A DNA stretch of 64,000 nt from the human T2T-CHM13v2.0 reference genome, Homo sapiens: NCBI RefSeq assembly GCF_009914755.1, contig NC_060927.1; one strand, 5' to 3'. Below the pieces are notes generated by a model. It had not been told where the DNA came from, did not search any database, and worked only from the letters and a program-made list of their open reading frames with translations. A program made the position numbers and the translations under genes. Shown here one piece after another: positions 1-21,700 of this stretch; position 1 is the first letter of the stretch, and each line of letters starts with the position of its first letter.

Positions 1-3250
<3,250 letters not shown>

Positions 3251-3266
3251 GTTTATAAAGACAGCT

Positions 3267-3589
3267 TTTTGTAGTTGCTGTTGTTTTTGTTGTTGTTGTT
3301 GCTTTGATATAGAGTGTTATTCTGTTGCTGCCAGGCTGGAGTGCAGTGGTGCGATCTCAGCTCACTACAACTTCTACTTCCCAGATTCAAGTAATTCTCA
3401 TGCCTCAGCTTCCCAGGTAGCTGGGATTACAGGTGTGTGCCACCATGCCAGCTAATTTTTGGATTTTTAGTAGAGACAGAGTTTTGCCATGTTGGCCAGG
3501 CTAGTCTTGAACTCTTGGCCTCAAGTGATCCACCCACCTCTGCCTCCCAAAGTGCTTTGATTACAGGCATGAGCCACCGTGCCCAGACC
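3267..3589 (-). mobile_element. AluS/J-type SINE with degenerate (GTT)n tail
   Basis: Full dimer reverse complement; TSD taaagacagct (3256-3266) / taaagacatct (3590-3600). Confidence 0.93.
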
Positions 3590-3715
3590 TAAAGACATCT
3601 CTTCTTATTTTCTGATGTGCTTCTGTTGCATTTTGCTTGCATATGTAATTAAATCCCACTATTTTTTAAATAATTATTTTGCATTTATGTTTTAATATCA
3701 GCTATAATTATTGTG

Positions 3716-6834
<3,119 letters not shown>

Positions 6835-6954
6835 AAATCCCACCATTTTTTAAAAACATTTCCAAATTTGGCTGTTGTGTCCCAGTGGACACACTGATTT
6901 CACTTGCCCTTATTTCTGAATTTGTAAGATGTTCTTATTGCTGTTCTAAAGTAA

Positions 6955-7050
6955 TGATCCATAGAAAAATGCAATCTCATTGGGCTTGTATGAAATTAAA
7001 TGAGATATTATGCTTAAGGAACTTCACACAATCATGGCACAATATTAGTG
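6955..7050 (+). mobile_element. MIR 3' fragment
   Basis: tctcattgggcttgtatgaaattaaatgagatattatgcttaaggaacttcacacaatcatggcaca resembles the MIR core/tail. Confidence 0.6.
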
Positions 7051-7077
7051 TTGTGGCCATGATGCTGCCACAGAAGT

Positions 7078-7290
7078 AAAGGAATGATGGCAGCCACAAG
7101 AAGTTGCGAGAGGTCAGGAACAAATTTTCTTTCAAGGCCTCCAAACGGAGGTGCTACTTAACACCTTGTTTTCAGCCTAGTGATACTGATTTCATACTTC
7201 AGGCTTCCAGAACAGCAAGAGAATAAATTGCTGGTCTTAAACCACTAACTGTGTTATAATTTGTTATAGCAGTCATAGAAAATTAATACG
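7078..7290 (+). mobile_element. MLT1D/E-like MaLR LTR, 3' half
   Basis: ggcagccacaagaag...cttccagaacagcaagagaataaatt...taatttgttatagcagtcatagaaaattaatac. Confidence 0.75.
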
Positions 7291-7327
7291 CCATTGCAGT
7301 TATTACTATTTCAGGTGATAGGAAGTA

Positions 7328-8101
7328 CAGATATATCTCAGAGATATTGCAGGATCAATTCCAGACCCCCAAAATAAAGGAAATCACAACAAAGTGAGTC
7401 TCATGAATTTTGGTTTTGCATAACATATAAAAGTTATGTTTACATTATACTGTAGTCTCTTAAGTGCTTTCTCATGATTTTTGTGTTCACTGGAGAAACA
7501 CTTTCCATTTCTTTCAGGAACTCTTCTTTTGCATTTACAACTCAGCTAATTTTAGTTCAAGAAGCTTTGCTTTCAGCTTATCTCAGCTTTCAACATGACT
7601 TCCTCTCTAAGCTTAATCATATCTAGCTTTTGATTTAAAGTGAGAGATGTGCAAATCTTCATTACACTTGAACACATAGGGGCTATTGTAAGACTGTTAA
7701 TTGGCCTAATTTCATTTGTTGGGCTTCACGGAATAGGGAGACTCAAGGAAAGAGAGAAGAAGAGAATGGCTGATTGGTGGAGCAGTTGGGATGCACACAT
7801 TTATTCATTGTTTGCCATTTTATATGGGTGCAATTTATGGTGCTCCCAAACAAGTAGAAGCGTAACATCATAGGTCACTGATAGCTGATCACCGTAATAG
7901 ATATAATAATAACTAAAAAGTTTGAAATATTGAGAGAATTACCAAAAGGCTACACAGAGACATGAAATGAACTCATGTTGTTGAAAAGAATGGATTGTTA
8001 GGCTTCCTCAACAGAGGGTGGTCACAAATCTTTAATTTGTAAGAATAATGCAATATCTGTGAGGCACAATAAGCAAATTACAATGAAATAAAATATTCCC
8101 G
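7328..8101 (-). mobile_element. Tigger1 DNA transposon, internally deleted, both ends present
   Basis: Ends cagatatatctcagagatattgcagg and gcaatatctgtgaggcacaataag...aaatattcccg match recalled Tigger1 termini; TA on both sides (7326-7327, 8102-8103). Confidence 0.85.
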
Positions 8102-8480
8102 TATCCAGTTTAAAATATATTTCTAATGGAGACTTTAAAATAGAATAATAGATGTACCATTTATAATTCAATATGCTAATATAAAAATTTTAAAACAGGA
8201 CATTTTCCTTATTCTTTTACAACTAAAAGATATTAAATAGTAATTGCTATTTTTTGGATGTCTGTGGCTTATTTATATGGAATTAAAGAAGACTTGATAT
8301 ATTCAGTTTTAAAGCCATAGTTAGCTGTAGTGACAGAAATGAAAACATCCTAAATTCATCAAGGTAATATTACCTGAATAACCCAGATACAGTCTCAGAA
8401 TCATTCTTAACATAACAATCAAGAAAACTACCACCATGTGATAAGATTTACCATATATATAAAACTAATGTACTACTTAA

Positions 8481-8883
<403 letters not shown>

Positions 8884-10365
8884 TAAACTCTGATTTTTAT
8901 GTTTCTCTGAGTCATCAAGATTATAATTGTAAGAACTTTTTCCAGGAAAGATGTAGCATTGGTTCATTGTTTTGTTGAATATTTGGGATTGTCCTTCTGG
9001 TTTCTCATCAATGATGTGTTTCTGAATATGCACTTCTAAGAGAATGATAGTAAACCAAATACTCAGCTCATCACATAGATATATAAAGATATGAGTCTAC
9101 ATCTGAATTATCATGAGCTCTACAGTGTTTGCGGTTGTATAAAACTAAATATTAAACAATTAAGAACTTTTTTAGGTAAAATCTGATATATTTTTGTCAG
9201 AGAGCCATTGAGCCAAAACAGCATAGTGAGTAACAACTGGAGCTAGATTTTTGCTTTTGGGGCTGCTTTTCTGCACTAACAAAGTATTTCTCAATTTTTC
9301 AACATTTATTGTAATACCTAATACATACAAAACACCTATAATATTGTCTTAACATATAAGAAATACCCAATAACTTTTATTGGTTTTGTAATATTATATC
9401 AACCATGAATAGTAAAATAGATTTCACTAAGCATAGGGAAAAATATAATTCTTCTAATGTGTAGGTATTTGGTAACAGATCAATTTCTAATATAATGATA
9501 TGAAGTACATATTTAATAAACATATGTATTACCATTTCAGCCTATTTTGAAATAGAATCTTGATGTCAGATTTGTAAAATGTCTACATTGTGAGCCTTCC
9601 TTTCTACAAGTAGGCAGATAATGCTTTTTTAGGGAATTTTCTAGGTAAACCATAGCATTGATTTGGTGATGAATATACAGTACAAAATAATTCCTGAACT
9701 TAATACCTACTCATTTCAATTCAGCAGAAATCTGTAGGGTCAGTGATTATCTAAAATAAATATACTGTGAAAACAAAATGGTTTCCCTGTATTGGGTCTT
9801 AACTGCCTTTAGGGTTTTACATGTTTTGCTAAATTGAAATTTCATACACTAAGAATAATTCTGATAGCTCTGTAGCTTCCTAATCCCATGCTTTTTTGAT
9901 AACATCCTTTCTGGAATAGAAAAAAAATGAGAAGCTAATTGCTTACACTCTGAATAATGCTTTTCTTTGAACTCAGTGAAGCACAAAGATAAATAGTGTA
10001 TTACTAAAGGGAATTTAGCTCTATTTATGACTGCTTGTAGTGTGAAATTGGTTGTTTGTGATCTTTAAAGGCTTGCTTTCTTTTCAAAACATTATATGCC
10101 AGCTATGACTACAGAAAGATGGGAATGTAAAATGAATTTAGATTAAGGAAAACTCCTTTACTTAAACAATTTTTAAGCCATTCTGTCTCATTTTTTTGGT
10201 GCTGTGAATTTTATGGAAACCTTAACTGATGATTTCTCAAATAATAAAATAGTGTAGTGTATTTACATCATGTCTTTTATTTATTTTTGCCATTCTATTT
10301 CATCCATCACACTCATTTTATTTAATATCCATATATTGTCTTATAAATGTACCTTTACTGTTTTT

Positions 10366-10462
10366 TGTTTTGTCTCTAATTTTTATTTCTAATTTTTCAA
10401 CTAGGAATATGAAATGTTTGTTTCTAATGTTTATTTCTAATTTTTTGACTACGAATATGAAA
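10366..10462 (+). repeat. Two-copy ~48-bp tandem duplication
   Basis: tgttttgtctctaatttttatttctaatttttcaactaggaatatgaaa / tgtttgtttctaatgtttatttctaattttttgactacgaatatgaaa. Confidence 0.85.
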
Positions 10463-10904
10463 AATCTTTGAAATCAGTATTTGAGTTTAGCATGTCCTTT
10501 CAGCCTAAATATAGCTCTTGACACAACTTATAACATAAAGTGTATTTTTATATGTTTTTCATAATTCTCAAAAGTACATGTGTTTTACAAATAATATGGA
10601 TATGTACACAAATGAAATGTTTTGAAATATTTCAATATAAAACAAGAATTATGTTATGAGAATACTGATGCAAATTTTATATGAATTTTAATATATTAGT
10701 AATACACCATGGAGACAAGAAGTGAAAAGACTACATGTTTTTGAACATTAGGATATTGGTATTCCATCAATAAAAGATTAAATGTAATTTCCACTAGGTT
10801 ATGTTGCACTATTAACTATTTTGTAGTTATTTTTGTTTATCTCAAACTAATTATTGAAATAAATATAATTGTTCCACAAGGAGAAGAATTTGTCATGCTC
10901 CCTT

Positions 10905-11530
10905 GTTGCTCAACTTTTATTATGAGAAAAATTCAAATACATAAAACAGTTAAAGGATTTATACAAAGGTCAAATGACATGGATATACATACATACATAC
11001 ATATAATAAGTGTCAGATTTATATTTGTAGATAGGTAGGTTGAACCATTTGAAAGTAAACTTCAGATACCACACAACTTTGGCCATAAATATTGTATCAT
11101 GTTAGTATTTATAACATATTCACATTTAATCCATTCTTCCCAAAAAAGGTCTTATAAATTTACCTTGAGGGCCAAGATTTAAACAATGTTTACATATTGC
11201 ATTGGTTTTTTACATAATGCATCTATTTAAAACATTTCTAAACTTAAATATTTCTCTAAATATTTTTCCCTACTATGATGATAATGTATTTTACAAGGTA
11301 TGTAAATTGTCTTATGGAATGCCTCATTCTCAAGTGTTTGATTGCTTCATCATGGTGTTGTTTAACTGTTCCACTATTGTTGTCATTTGAAGTAAATTGG
11401 AAGGTATTTCTATAGTCACGTCTAGATGCCATTTAAGTATTTTTGACAAGCATATTTTGTAGATGATGCCATATATATCATGTTGCATTACTTCAGGTAG
11501 TTACAATTCAAGGTTTCTCTGGTAAATACC
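10905..11530 (-). mobile_element. Ancient L1MC/L1ME-like 3' UTR fragment
   Basis: aacttttattatgagaaaaattcaaatacataaaa and tgaaccatttgaaagtaaacttcagatacc motifs. Confidence 0.5.
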
Positions 11531-11541
11531 AATGATCACAG

Positions 11542-11903
11542 AATGGTCATACTGTCCAAAGCAATTTACAGATTCAATGCTATTCCTATTAAACTAAAAA
11601 TGACATCCTTCACAGAATTAGAAAAAAACTATTTTAAAATCCATATGGAACCAAAAAATAGCTTGAATAGCCAAGACTATCCTAAGCAAAAAAATAAAGC
11701 TGGAGGCATTACGTTACCCAACTTCAAACTATACTACAAGGCTACAGTAACCAAAACAGAATGGTACTGGTACAAAAACAGACATATAGACCAATGGAAC
11801 AGAATAGAGAGTTCAGAAATAATGCCACACACCTACAACCATCTTCTCTTTGACAAAGTAGACAAAAACAAGCAATGGGGGAAGGACTCCCCACTGAATA
11901 AAT
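11542..11903 (+). mobile_element. L1P ORF2 internal fragment with no 3' UTR or poly-A
   Basis: ORF 11543-11905 [11 protein letters not shown]...[36 protein letters not shown]. Confidence 0.9.
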
Positions 11904-11944
11904 AAAGCTATCCCCACACAGAAGTAAAGGCTTGGCCTGACTGG

Positions 11945-13950
<2,006 letters not shown>

Positions 13951-14229
13951 GTGATAATGACATGTTTTTATCATGAAAAGATATGCCCATCTCACCTTGT
14001 TCTTTCTCTGTCTCAGTCTAAGTGTGGTATTTTTCTCCAAAGGGCCACGGACATCATTTCGTGGCCCAGGTATTTAATAACTAAGATTTGTGCATTAAGT
14101 TGACATAATTTCACTGTTACCATTTTTAGGCCCTTTCTGTGGCTAGAGCTAAGAAATGCATTACATATACAATGAATTGACTTCTTTTCATAATTGAATA
14201 ACTGGTATCGCCCATAAACAATATTTTAT

Positions 14230-14512
14230 GTTAGGCAGAACACAAGAAAATTACTGAAAATGAGTGATAAAGAGAACATCCTGAAAGTATCCAAAGTGGA
14301 CAGACACATTATATACAGTAAAAATTGATGTGAATAATGGATTATCACTTACAGAAGTCATAGTAACATAAAGACAATAAAACATCATCTTTAAAGAACT
14401 GCAAAAAAAACAATAAACCCATAATTTCATATTCAACAAAAACATCCTTCAAAATAAAAGTGAAATAGACATTTTCAGAAAAAGAAAAATTGAGACTATT
14501 GCCAACGAACCT
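14230..14512 (+). mobile_element. Old L1M ORF1 C-terminal fragment
   Basis: gataaagagaacatcctgaaag...catctttaaagaactgcaaaaaaaa...catccttcaaaataaaagtgaaatagacattttcag. Confidence 0.65.
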
Positions 14513-14519
14513 ACAAAGT

Positions 14520-14835
14520 CCTTTATAAGAAATCTTTGCCCTTCTCCCAATTATAAAGTGGTTCTTCTGTTGTATTCTAAAAGTTTCTTAATTTTAACTT
14601 TGATTTTAGGCTTACAATCCAACTCAAATTAAATTTTTGTAAGTGGCATGAGGAAGGGCTTGTGGGTCATTTTTTTCATTATGGATATGAAATTGTTCCA
14701 GCACTATAATTTGAAAGGATTTTCATTTGCTTTTTGTTTTCTTTGGTGACTTTTTAAAATTTCAGTTGACTATTTAAATCTGGATTTATACAATTTAATT
14801 CTGTTGTGGTCATAGAACATACTCTGTAAACATTT
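14520..14835 (-). mobile_element. Old L1M ORF2 fragments (host of the 14.87-19.44 kb L1; resumes at ~19441)
   Basis: ggatatgaaattgttccagcac; gtggtcatagaacatactctgta continues as tttcaatcttttgaaattgatagaaacttg after 19440. Confidence 0.6.
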
Positions 14836-14867
14836 CTTTTTTTCCTTTACCAATCCTTCTTATAAAT

Positions 14868-17800
14868 TTAACTTTTATTTTAAGTTCAGGAGTACATTGT
14901 CAGTTTTGTTATAAAGGTAATCTTGTGCCATGGGGGTATGTTGTACAGATTATTTCATCACACAGGCATTAGGCCTGATGCCTGTTAGTTATTTTTCCTG
15001 ATCCTCTCCCTCCTCCTCACCTCCACCTTCTGATATGCCTCAGTGTGTGTCTTTCCCCTCTATGTGTCCAGGTATTCTCATCATTTAGCTCCCAATTATA
15101 ATTGAGAACATGTGGTATTTGGTTTTCTGTTCCCTCATTAGTTTCCTAAGCATAATGGCCTCCAGGTCCATTCGTATTCCTGCAAAGAACATTATATGAT
15201 TCTGTTTTATGGCTGCATAGCATTCCGTAGTGTATATGTATCACATTTTCTTTATCCAGTCTATCGTTGATGGGTATTTAGGTTCATTCCATATTTTAAC
15301 TATTGTGAATAGTGCTGCAGTGAACATACGTGTGCATGTGTCTTTATAGTAGACTGATTTATATTTCTTTAGGTAAATATTCAATAATGGAATTGCTGGG
15401 TTGAATGATATTTCTGTTTTTAGGTCTTTGTGGAATCACCACAATAGTTGAACTAATTTACAATCCCTCCACCATTGTACAAGCTTTTTTTTTGCTGCAC
15501 AATCTTACCAGCATCTTTATTTTTTGACTTTTTAATAATAACCATTCTGACTGGTGTTAGATGGTATCTCATTGTGGTTTTGACTTCTATTACTCTAATA
15601 ATCACCATCTGTTCATGTTATTGGCCGAATTTTAATTTTTTTTTGTAAATTTGTTGAAGTTCCTTATAGATGCTTGATACTAGACCTTTGTCAGATGCAT
15701 AGTTTGCAAATATTTTCTCTCCTTCTGCAGGTTGCCTGTTCACTCTGTTGCTAGTTTCCTTTGCTGTGAAGAAGCTCTTTAGTTTAATTAAATCCCTTTT
15801 GTCAATGTTTACTTTTGTTGCAATTGCTTTTGGTGTCATCATTATAAAATATTTGCCCATGTCTATTTGCAGAATGGTATTGTCTAGGTTGTCTTCCAGG
15901 GTTTTTATAGTTTTATATTTTACACTTAAGTCTTTAATCCATTTTGAGTTATTTTAGTGTGCGGTATAAGAAAGAAGACTAGTTTCAATCTTCTGCATAT
16001 GGCTAGCCAGTTATCTCAATGCCATTTATTGAATAGAAGATCCTTTCCCAATATCTTATTTTTGTCAGGTTTAGTCAAAGATCAGGTAGTTATATGTGTG
16101 TAGCTTTATTTCTGTGTGTTCTATTCTGTTCCACTGATCTAGGTGTCTGTTTTTGTACCAGTACCACTCAGTTTTGGCTACTGTAGCTCTGTAGTGTAGT
16201 TTAAAGTTGGGTAGCATGATGCCACCAGGTCGATTCTTTTTGTTTATAGATTGCCTTGGCCATACAAACCCTTTTTTGGCTCCATATCAATTTTTAAATG
16301 CTTTTTTTTTCTAGTTCTATGAAGAATCTCAATAGTAGTTTAACAGAAATAGAATTGAATCTGTATTGCTTTGAATTGAATCTATACTGTGTTTAGCAGT
16401 GTAGCTGTTTTAATGATATTGCTTCTTCCTATCCATGGCATGGAATGTTTTTCCATTTGTTTATGTCATCTGTGATTTCCTTGAGGAATGTTTTGTAGTT
16501 CTCCTTGTAGAGAACTTCTCCTCTCTAGTTAGTGGTATTCCTAAGTATTTTATTCTTTTTGTGGCAATTGTGAAAGGGATTGCATTTCTTACTTGGCTCT
16601 CAGCCTGACTCTTGGTGTATAGGAATGCTGGTAGTTTTTGTACATTGATTTTGTATCCTGCGACTTTGCTGAAGTTGTTTATTAGCTTAACTGCTTTTGG
16701 GTTGAAATCATGGAGTTTTCTAGATATAAGATCATGTCTTCTCTCAGCAGGGATAGTTTGACTTCCTCTCTTTTTATTTGGATGCATTTTATTTCTTTCT
16801 CTTGCCTGATTGCCCTGGCCAGGACTTCCAATACTATGTTGAATAGAAATAGTGAGAGAGGATGTTCTTGAGCTGGTTTTTAAAGGAGAATGCTTCCAGT
16901 TTTTGGTCATTCTGTATGATGTTGGCTGTGGGTGTGCTATAGGTGACTCATTATTTTGCGGTATGTTCCTTCAATAACTACTTTATTAAGTGTTTTTAAC
17001 ATGAAAGTGTGTTGAATTTTATTGAAAACCTTCTCTACATCTATTGAGATAATCATTGGGATGTGGTTTTGGTCTTTAGTTCTGTTTATGTGATGAATCA
17101 CACTTATTGATTTGTGTATGTTGAATTGACCTTGCATTTCAGGGATGAAACCTACTTGATTGTGGTGGTTTAGCTTTCTGATGTGCTGCTGAATTCGGTT
17201 TGCCAGTATTGTTTTTGGGATTTTTGCATTAATTTTCATCAAAGATATTGACCTGAAGTTATCTTTTTGTGTGTGTGTGTCTCTGTCAGGTTCTTGTATC
17301 AGGATGATGCTGGACACATAGAATGATGTAGGGAGGAGTCCCTCCTCCTCAATTTTTTGGAATAGTTTCAGCAGGAATTGTACCCAATCTTATTTGTACA
17401 AATGGTTAGATTCATCTGTGAATCTGTCTGTCCTGGGCTTTTTTTGGTTGATAAGGTATTTATTATTGATTTAATTTCAGATCTCATTATTTGTCTGTTC
17501 AGGAATCCAATTATTTCCTGGTTCAGACTTGGGAGGGTGTATGTGTCCAGGAATGTATTGATTTTCCCTAGATTTTCTACTTCGTGTGCATGGGAGTGTT
17601 CACAATATTTTCTGGTGGTTATTGTTATTTTTTTAGGGTCAGTGGTAATATCACTTTTGTTGTTTTTGATTGTATTTATTTGAGTCCTCTTTCTTTTTTC
17701 TTTATTAGTATAGCTAGCAGTCTGTCCATTTTATTATTTTTTAAAAAGCTCCTGAATTTGTTGATCTGTTTAATTTTTTTGTTGTTGTTTTTCAAGCACC

Positions 17801-18071
17801 TTCTGTTCAGCTCTGATTTTGGTTATATCTTGTCTTCTGCTAGCTTTGGGATTGGTTTGCTCTTGGTTCTTTAGTTCTTTTAGTTGTGATGTTAGGTTGT
17901 TAAATTGAGATCTTTCTAACTTTTTGATGTGGGCATTTTGTGCTATAAATTTCCCTCTTAACTCTGCCTTAGCTGTGTCCCAGAGATTTTGGTATTTTGT
18001 ATCTTTGTTCTCATTATTTTCAAAGAGCTTCTTGATTTGTGTCTTAATTTCATTATTTACCCAAAAGTCAT
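14868..18071 (-). mobile_element. L1PA11-15-like LINE-1, non-inverted 3' portion of a twin-primed insertion
   Basis: 3' end taacttttatttaagttcaggagtac; ORF2 peptides [36 protein letters not shown]. Confidence 0.93.
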
Positions 18072-19440
18072 CCGAAGACACATAATCTTCAGATTCTCCA
18101 AGGTCAAAATGAAAGAAGAAATATTAAAGGCAGCTAGAGAGAAAGGACAGGCCATATACAAAGGGAAACCCATTAGATTAACAGTATACCTCTCAGCTGA
18201 AACCCTACAAGTCAGAAGCAATTGTGGTCCAATATTCAACATCCTTAAAAAAAAGAAATTCCAATCAAGAATCTCATATGTTGCCAAATTAAGCTTCATA
18301 AGAGAAGAAGCAATAAGATCTCTTTCAGACAAGCAAATGCTGAGGGGATTTGTTACCACCAGACCTGACTTATAAAAGCTCTTGAAGAAAGCACTAGCTA
18401 TGGAAAGGAAAGACCATTACCAGCCACTACAAAAACACATCGAAGTGCACAAAACAGTGACACTATAAAGCAACCATATAAACAAGTCTGCAGAATAAAT
18501 AGCTAACATCAGGATGACGGGATCAAATCCACACATATCAATTTTAACCTTGAATGTAAACAGGCTAAATGTCCCAATTAAAAGACACAGAGTGGCAAAC
18601 TGGATAAAGGACCAAGACCCATTGGTATGCTGTCTTCAAGAGACACTTTAGGGAGTGAAGAATATGTACATTAATTGTTGTGGTGATTATAAAATTGCTT
18701 ATATTTGTCAAGACTCATTGAGCTGCAATCATAAAAATGATGAGTTATATGTATGTAAAACCACAGTGTATCTGACATAGAGTGGTGGTTAGCAGAGTCT
18801 GGGAAGGGTAGTGCCACATGCAATGACATACATAAGCTCAAAATAAAGAGATGGAGAGAAACCTACAAATCAAATGGAAAACAGAAAAAAGCAGGGGTTG
18901 TAATCCTACTTTCGGACAAAACAAACTTTCAACCAATAAAGATCAAAAAAGATGAAGAAGAGTATTACATAATGGTAAAGGGTTAAAGAAGATTTAACTA
19001 TCCTAAATATATGCACCCAACAGGAGCACCCAGATTGATAAAGCAATTTCTTAGACACCCTCAAAGTAATTCAGACTCCTGCACAATAATGGTGGGAGAC
19101 TTTAACACCTCACTAACAATATAGACAGATCATCAAGACAAAACATTAAAAACATTAACAAAGATATTTAGGACCTGGCCTCAGCACTGAATTAAATAGA
19201 CCTGATAGACATCTACAAAACTCTCCATCCCAAAACATCAGAATACACATTCTTCTCATCACCACATGGCACTCTAAAACTATTCACATAATAGGAAGTA
19301 AAACACTCCTCAGGAAATGCAAATGAATGAAAATCATAACAAACAATCTCTAGATCACAGCACAATCTAATTAGAAATCAAGACTAAGAAACTTACTCAA
19401 AACCACACAATTTCATAAAAATTGAATAACCTGTTCCTAA
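18072..19440 (+). mobile_element. Inverted 5' portion of the same L1 (ORF1 3' half, spacer, ORF2 endonuclease), carrying a 167-bp foreign insert
   Basis: ORF1 peptide [34 protein letters not shown]; ORF2 start atgacgggatcaaatccacacata; ends aataacctgttcctaa, contiguous with atgacttttgggtaa of the minus piece. Confidence 0.92.
18646..18812 (-). repeat. Inverted copy of 20787-20953
   Basis: 167-bp ungapped reverse-complement match, 8 mismatches by hand alignment. Confidence 0.95.
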
Positions 19441-19539
19441 AGTTTCAATCTTTTGAAATTGATAGAAACTTGTTATAGCTTCAAACATATTGACAATATG
19501 CTTGTCTCTCTTGGTGAAATGTGACATGTAAACTTTTTA

Positions 19540-20120
19540 AAAAATACTTTTTTAAGAAGAATTTTTGTCTCATAGCAAAATTGAGAGAAAGAAACATAGA
19601 TTTCCCATTTACCCACTGCCCTCATGCATGTTTAGCTCCCTCAGTACAAACTCCTGCACCATAGAGGCACATTTTTTACAACTGATTCACCTACATTGAC
19701 AGACACATCATTATCACCCATTGGTTACACTAGCATTTACTTTTGTTGTTGTACATTCTGTTGGTTGGGGCAAATGTGTAACAACAGGTTTTTATCATTA
19801 CAGTATTATATAGATTAGTTTCACTGCCTAGAAATATTTTCTGTCTGTTTATCCCTTTCTTTTCCTAACTCCTGGCCATGAGTTATCTTTTCATTGTCTC
19901 CATAGTTTTACCTTTGCCAAAAGTAATATAGTTTTAATCACACTTTAAGTATCTTTTTCAGATTGGCTTCTTTCACATAGTAATATAAATTTAAGGTTCC
20001 TCCTTTTCTATTCGTGGCTTGATAGTTCATTTATTTTTAATACTGAATAATGTTTTCTTGTCTGGCTGTACCACAGTTTATCCATTCACATACTATACCT
20101 TGGTTGTTTCCAAGTTTTGA
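19540..20120 (-). mobile_element. L1MC1/L1MD-like 3' end
   Basis: catagcaaaattgagagaaagaaacatagatttcccatttaccc...ttggttgtttccaagttttg. Confidence 0.75.
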
Positions 20121-20465
20121 AAGAACATTTTTTTTCTAAAACATTTTTAATGTAATTTTTTCATAAATGTCAATTAGGCAAGGTATTGACTGAGTTGTAT
20201 TGATATTGGTCATTTTGTTTATTTATGGATATTGATATTGTCATTTTACTTTCTATATCTTACTAAATTACTTGTCAAATTGTTTGGGCTCCATGTAAAT
20301 GGAATCTTTGTTATCCAATGTATATATAACAGCATTTTTATGTATGTCTGATGATTTTAACATTTTATAATCATATAATTTCCTTTATAATCTCTGTTTA
20401 TAGTCAATGTCTTGAAATCTAATTTATCAATATTAACATAGCCACTTCATTTGTCTTCTGCTTAT

Positions 20466-20825
20466 ATTTTTTTATTTTTTAAATTTTTATGGATACTTAG
20501 TAGTTATATATGCTTACAGGGTACAGGTGATATTTTGATACAGCATACAAATGTGAAATAGTCTCATCAGGGTAACTGGGGTATCTATCAACTCATTGTT
20601 TATCATTTCTTTGTAGTAGGAACATTTCAGTTCCCATCTTTTAGTTATTTTAAAATGTACAATGGACTATATTGTATATGGTTGACTATAGCCACCCTGT
20701 TTTGCTATTGAAACAATAATCATATTTGTTCTTTTAAGTATATTCTTACACCCCTTAACTATCCCCACTTTTTTCCTCTCCTCCCAACTACCCTTCCCAG
20801 ACCCTGCTAACCACCACTCTATGTC
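20466..20825 (-). mobile_element. L1MA2-4-like 3' end, 5'-truncated
   Basis: ttttatggatacttagtagttatata...gggtacaggtgatattttgatac...actacccttcccagaccctgctaaccacc. Confidence 0.75.
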
Positions 20826-20829
20826 AGAT

Positions 20830-21700
20830 ACACTGTGGTTTTACATACATACAACTCAACATATTTATGATTGCAGCTCAATGAGTCTTGAGAAATATAT
20901 GCAATTTTATAATCACCACACCAATTAATATACATATTCTTCACTCCCTAAAGATTTTATCATTCCTCTTTGCAGTCAATTACTTTCCCTCACCTCCAGT
21001 CAATGACAATAATCTGAATTGGATTTCTGTAGCATGGACTCTTCCAGAGTACTGTATATATGGAGTCATACCATGTGTAACTTTAGATTTACAAGTCTTT
21101 GTTTTGGACATATGATTTCCTTTCTCTCGGGTAAATAAGAGTGAAATAGCTGGATCATGTGGTATATGTGTGGTTTTAAGAAAGTAGCAACCGTTTTATA
21201 TTTTATATTCTCAGCAGCTGTGCATGAGATTTCTAGTACCTATATTTATGTTTCCCTAATTACTCATCATGTCGAGCATTTTTTAATGTGTTTATTTACC
21301 ATCCACATGTCTTTATAATGTCTGCTAAAATATTTTGCCTAATTTTTATTAGGCTGTTTGTTGTTATATTATTGAGTTCTGACTGTTCTTTTTATATAAA
21401 TATATAAACAAGTTGGGTATCAAATATATATTTGTCCTTATTTATGAAAAGCCACCAGTAAGAGCCTTCTCATTTTCTTTGAAGTAACCTTTAAAGAATA
21501 TAAAATTTTCATTATTTTTCTTATATAGTTTTTAATTTTGTGTCCTCTCTAAGAAATAATTGCCTAACATAAGATGACAAAAATTTTTTTACCCAAGTTC
21601 TCTTCTATACGTTTTATAGTTTTGGCTGTAAGTTATCTATAATACATATTTAGCTAATTTACATATGATTTAAGGAAATACTGGAGGTTCTTTTAAACTT
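20830..21700 (-). mobile_element. Old L1MB/L1ME-like 3' fragment
   Basis: cagctcaatgagtcttgagaaatatatgc...gggtaaataagagtgaaatagctggatcatgtggta. Confidence 0.6.
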
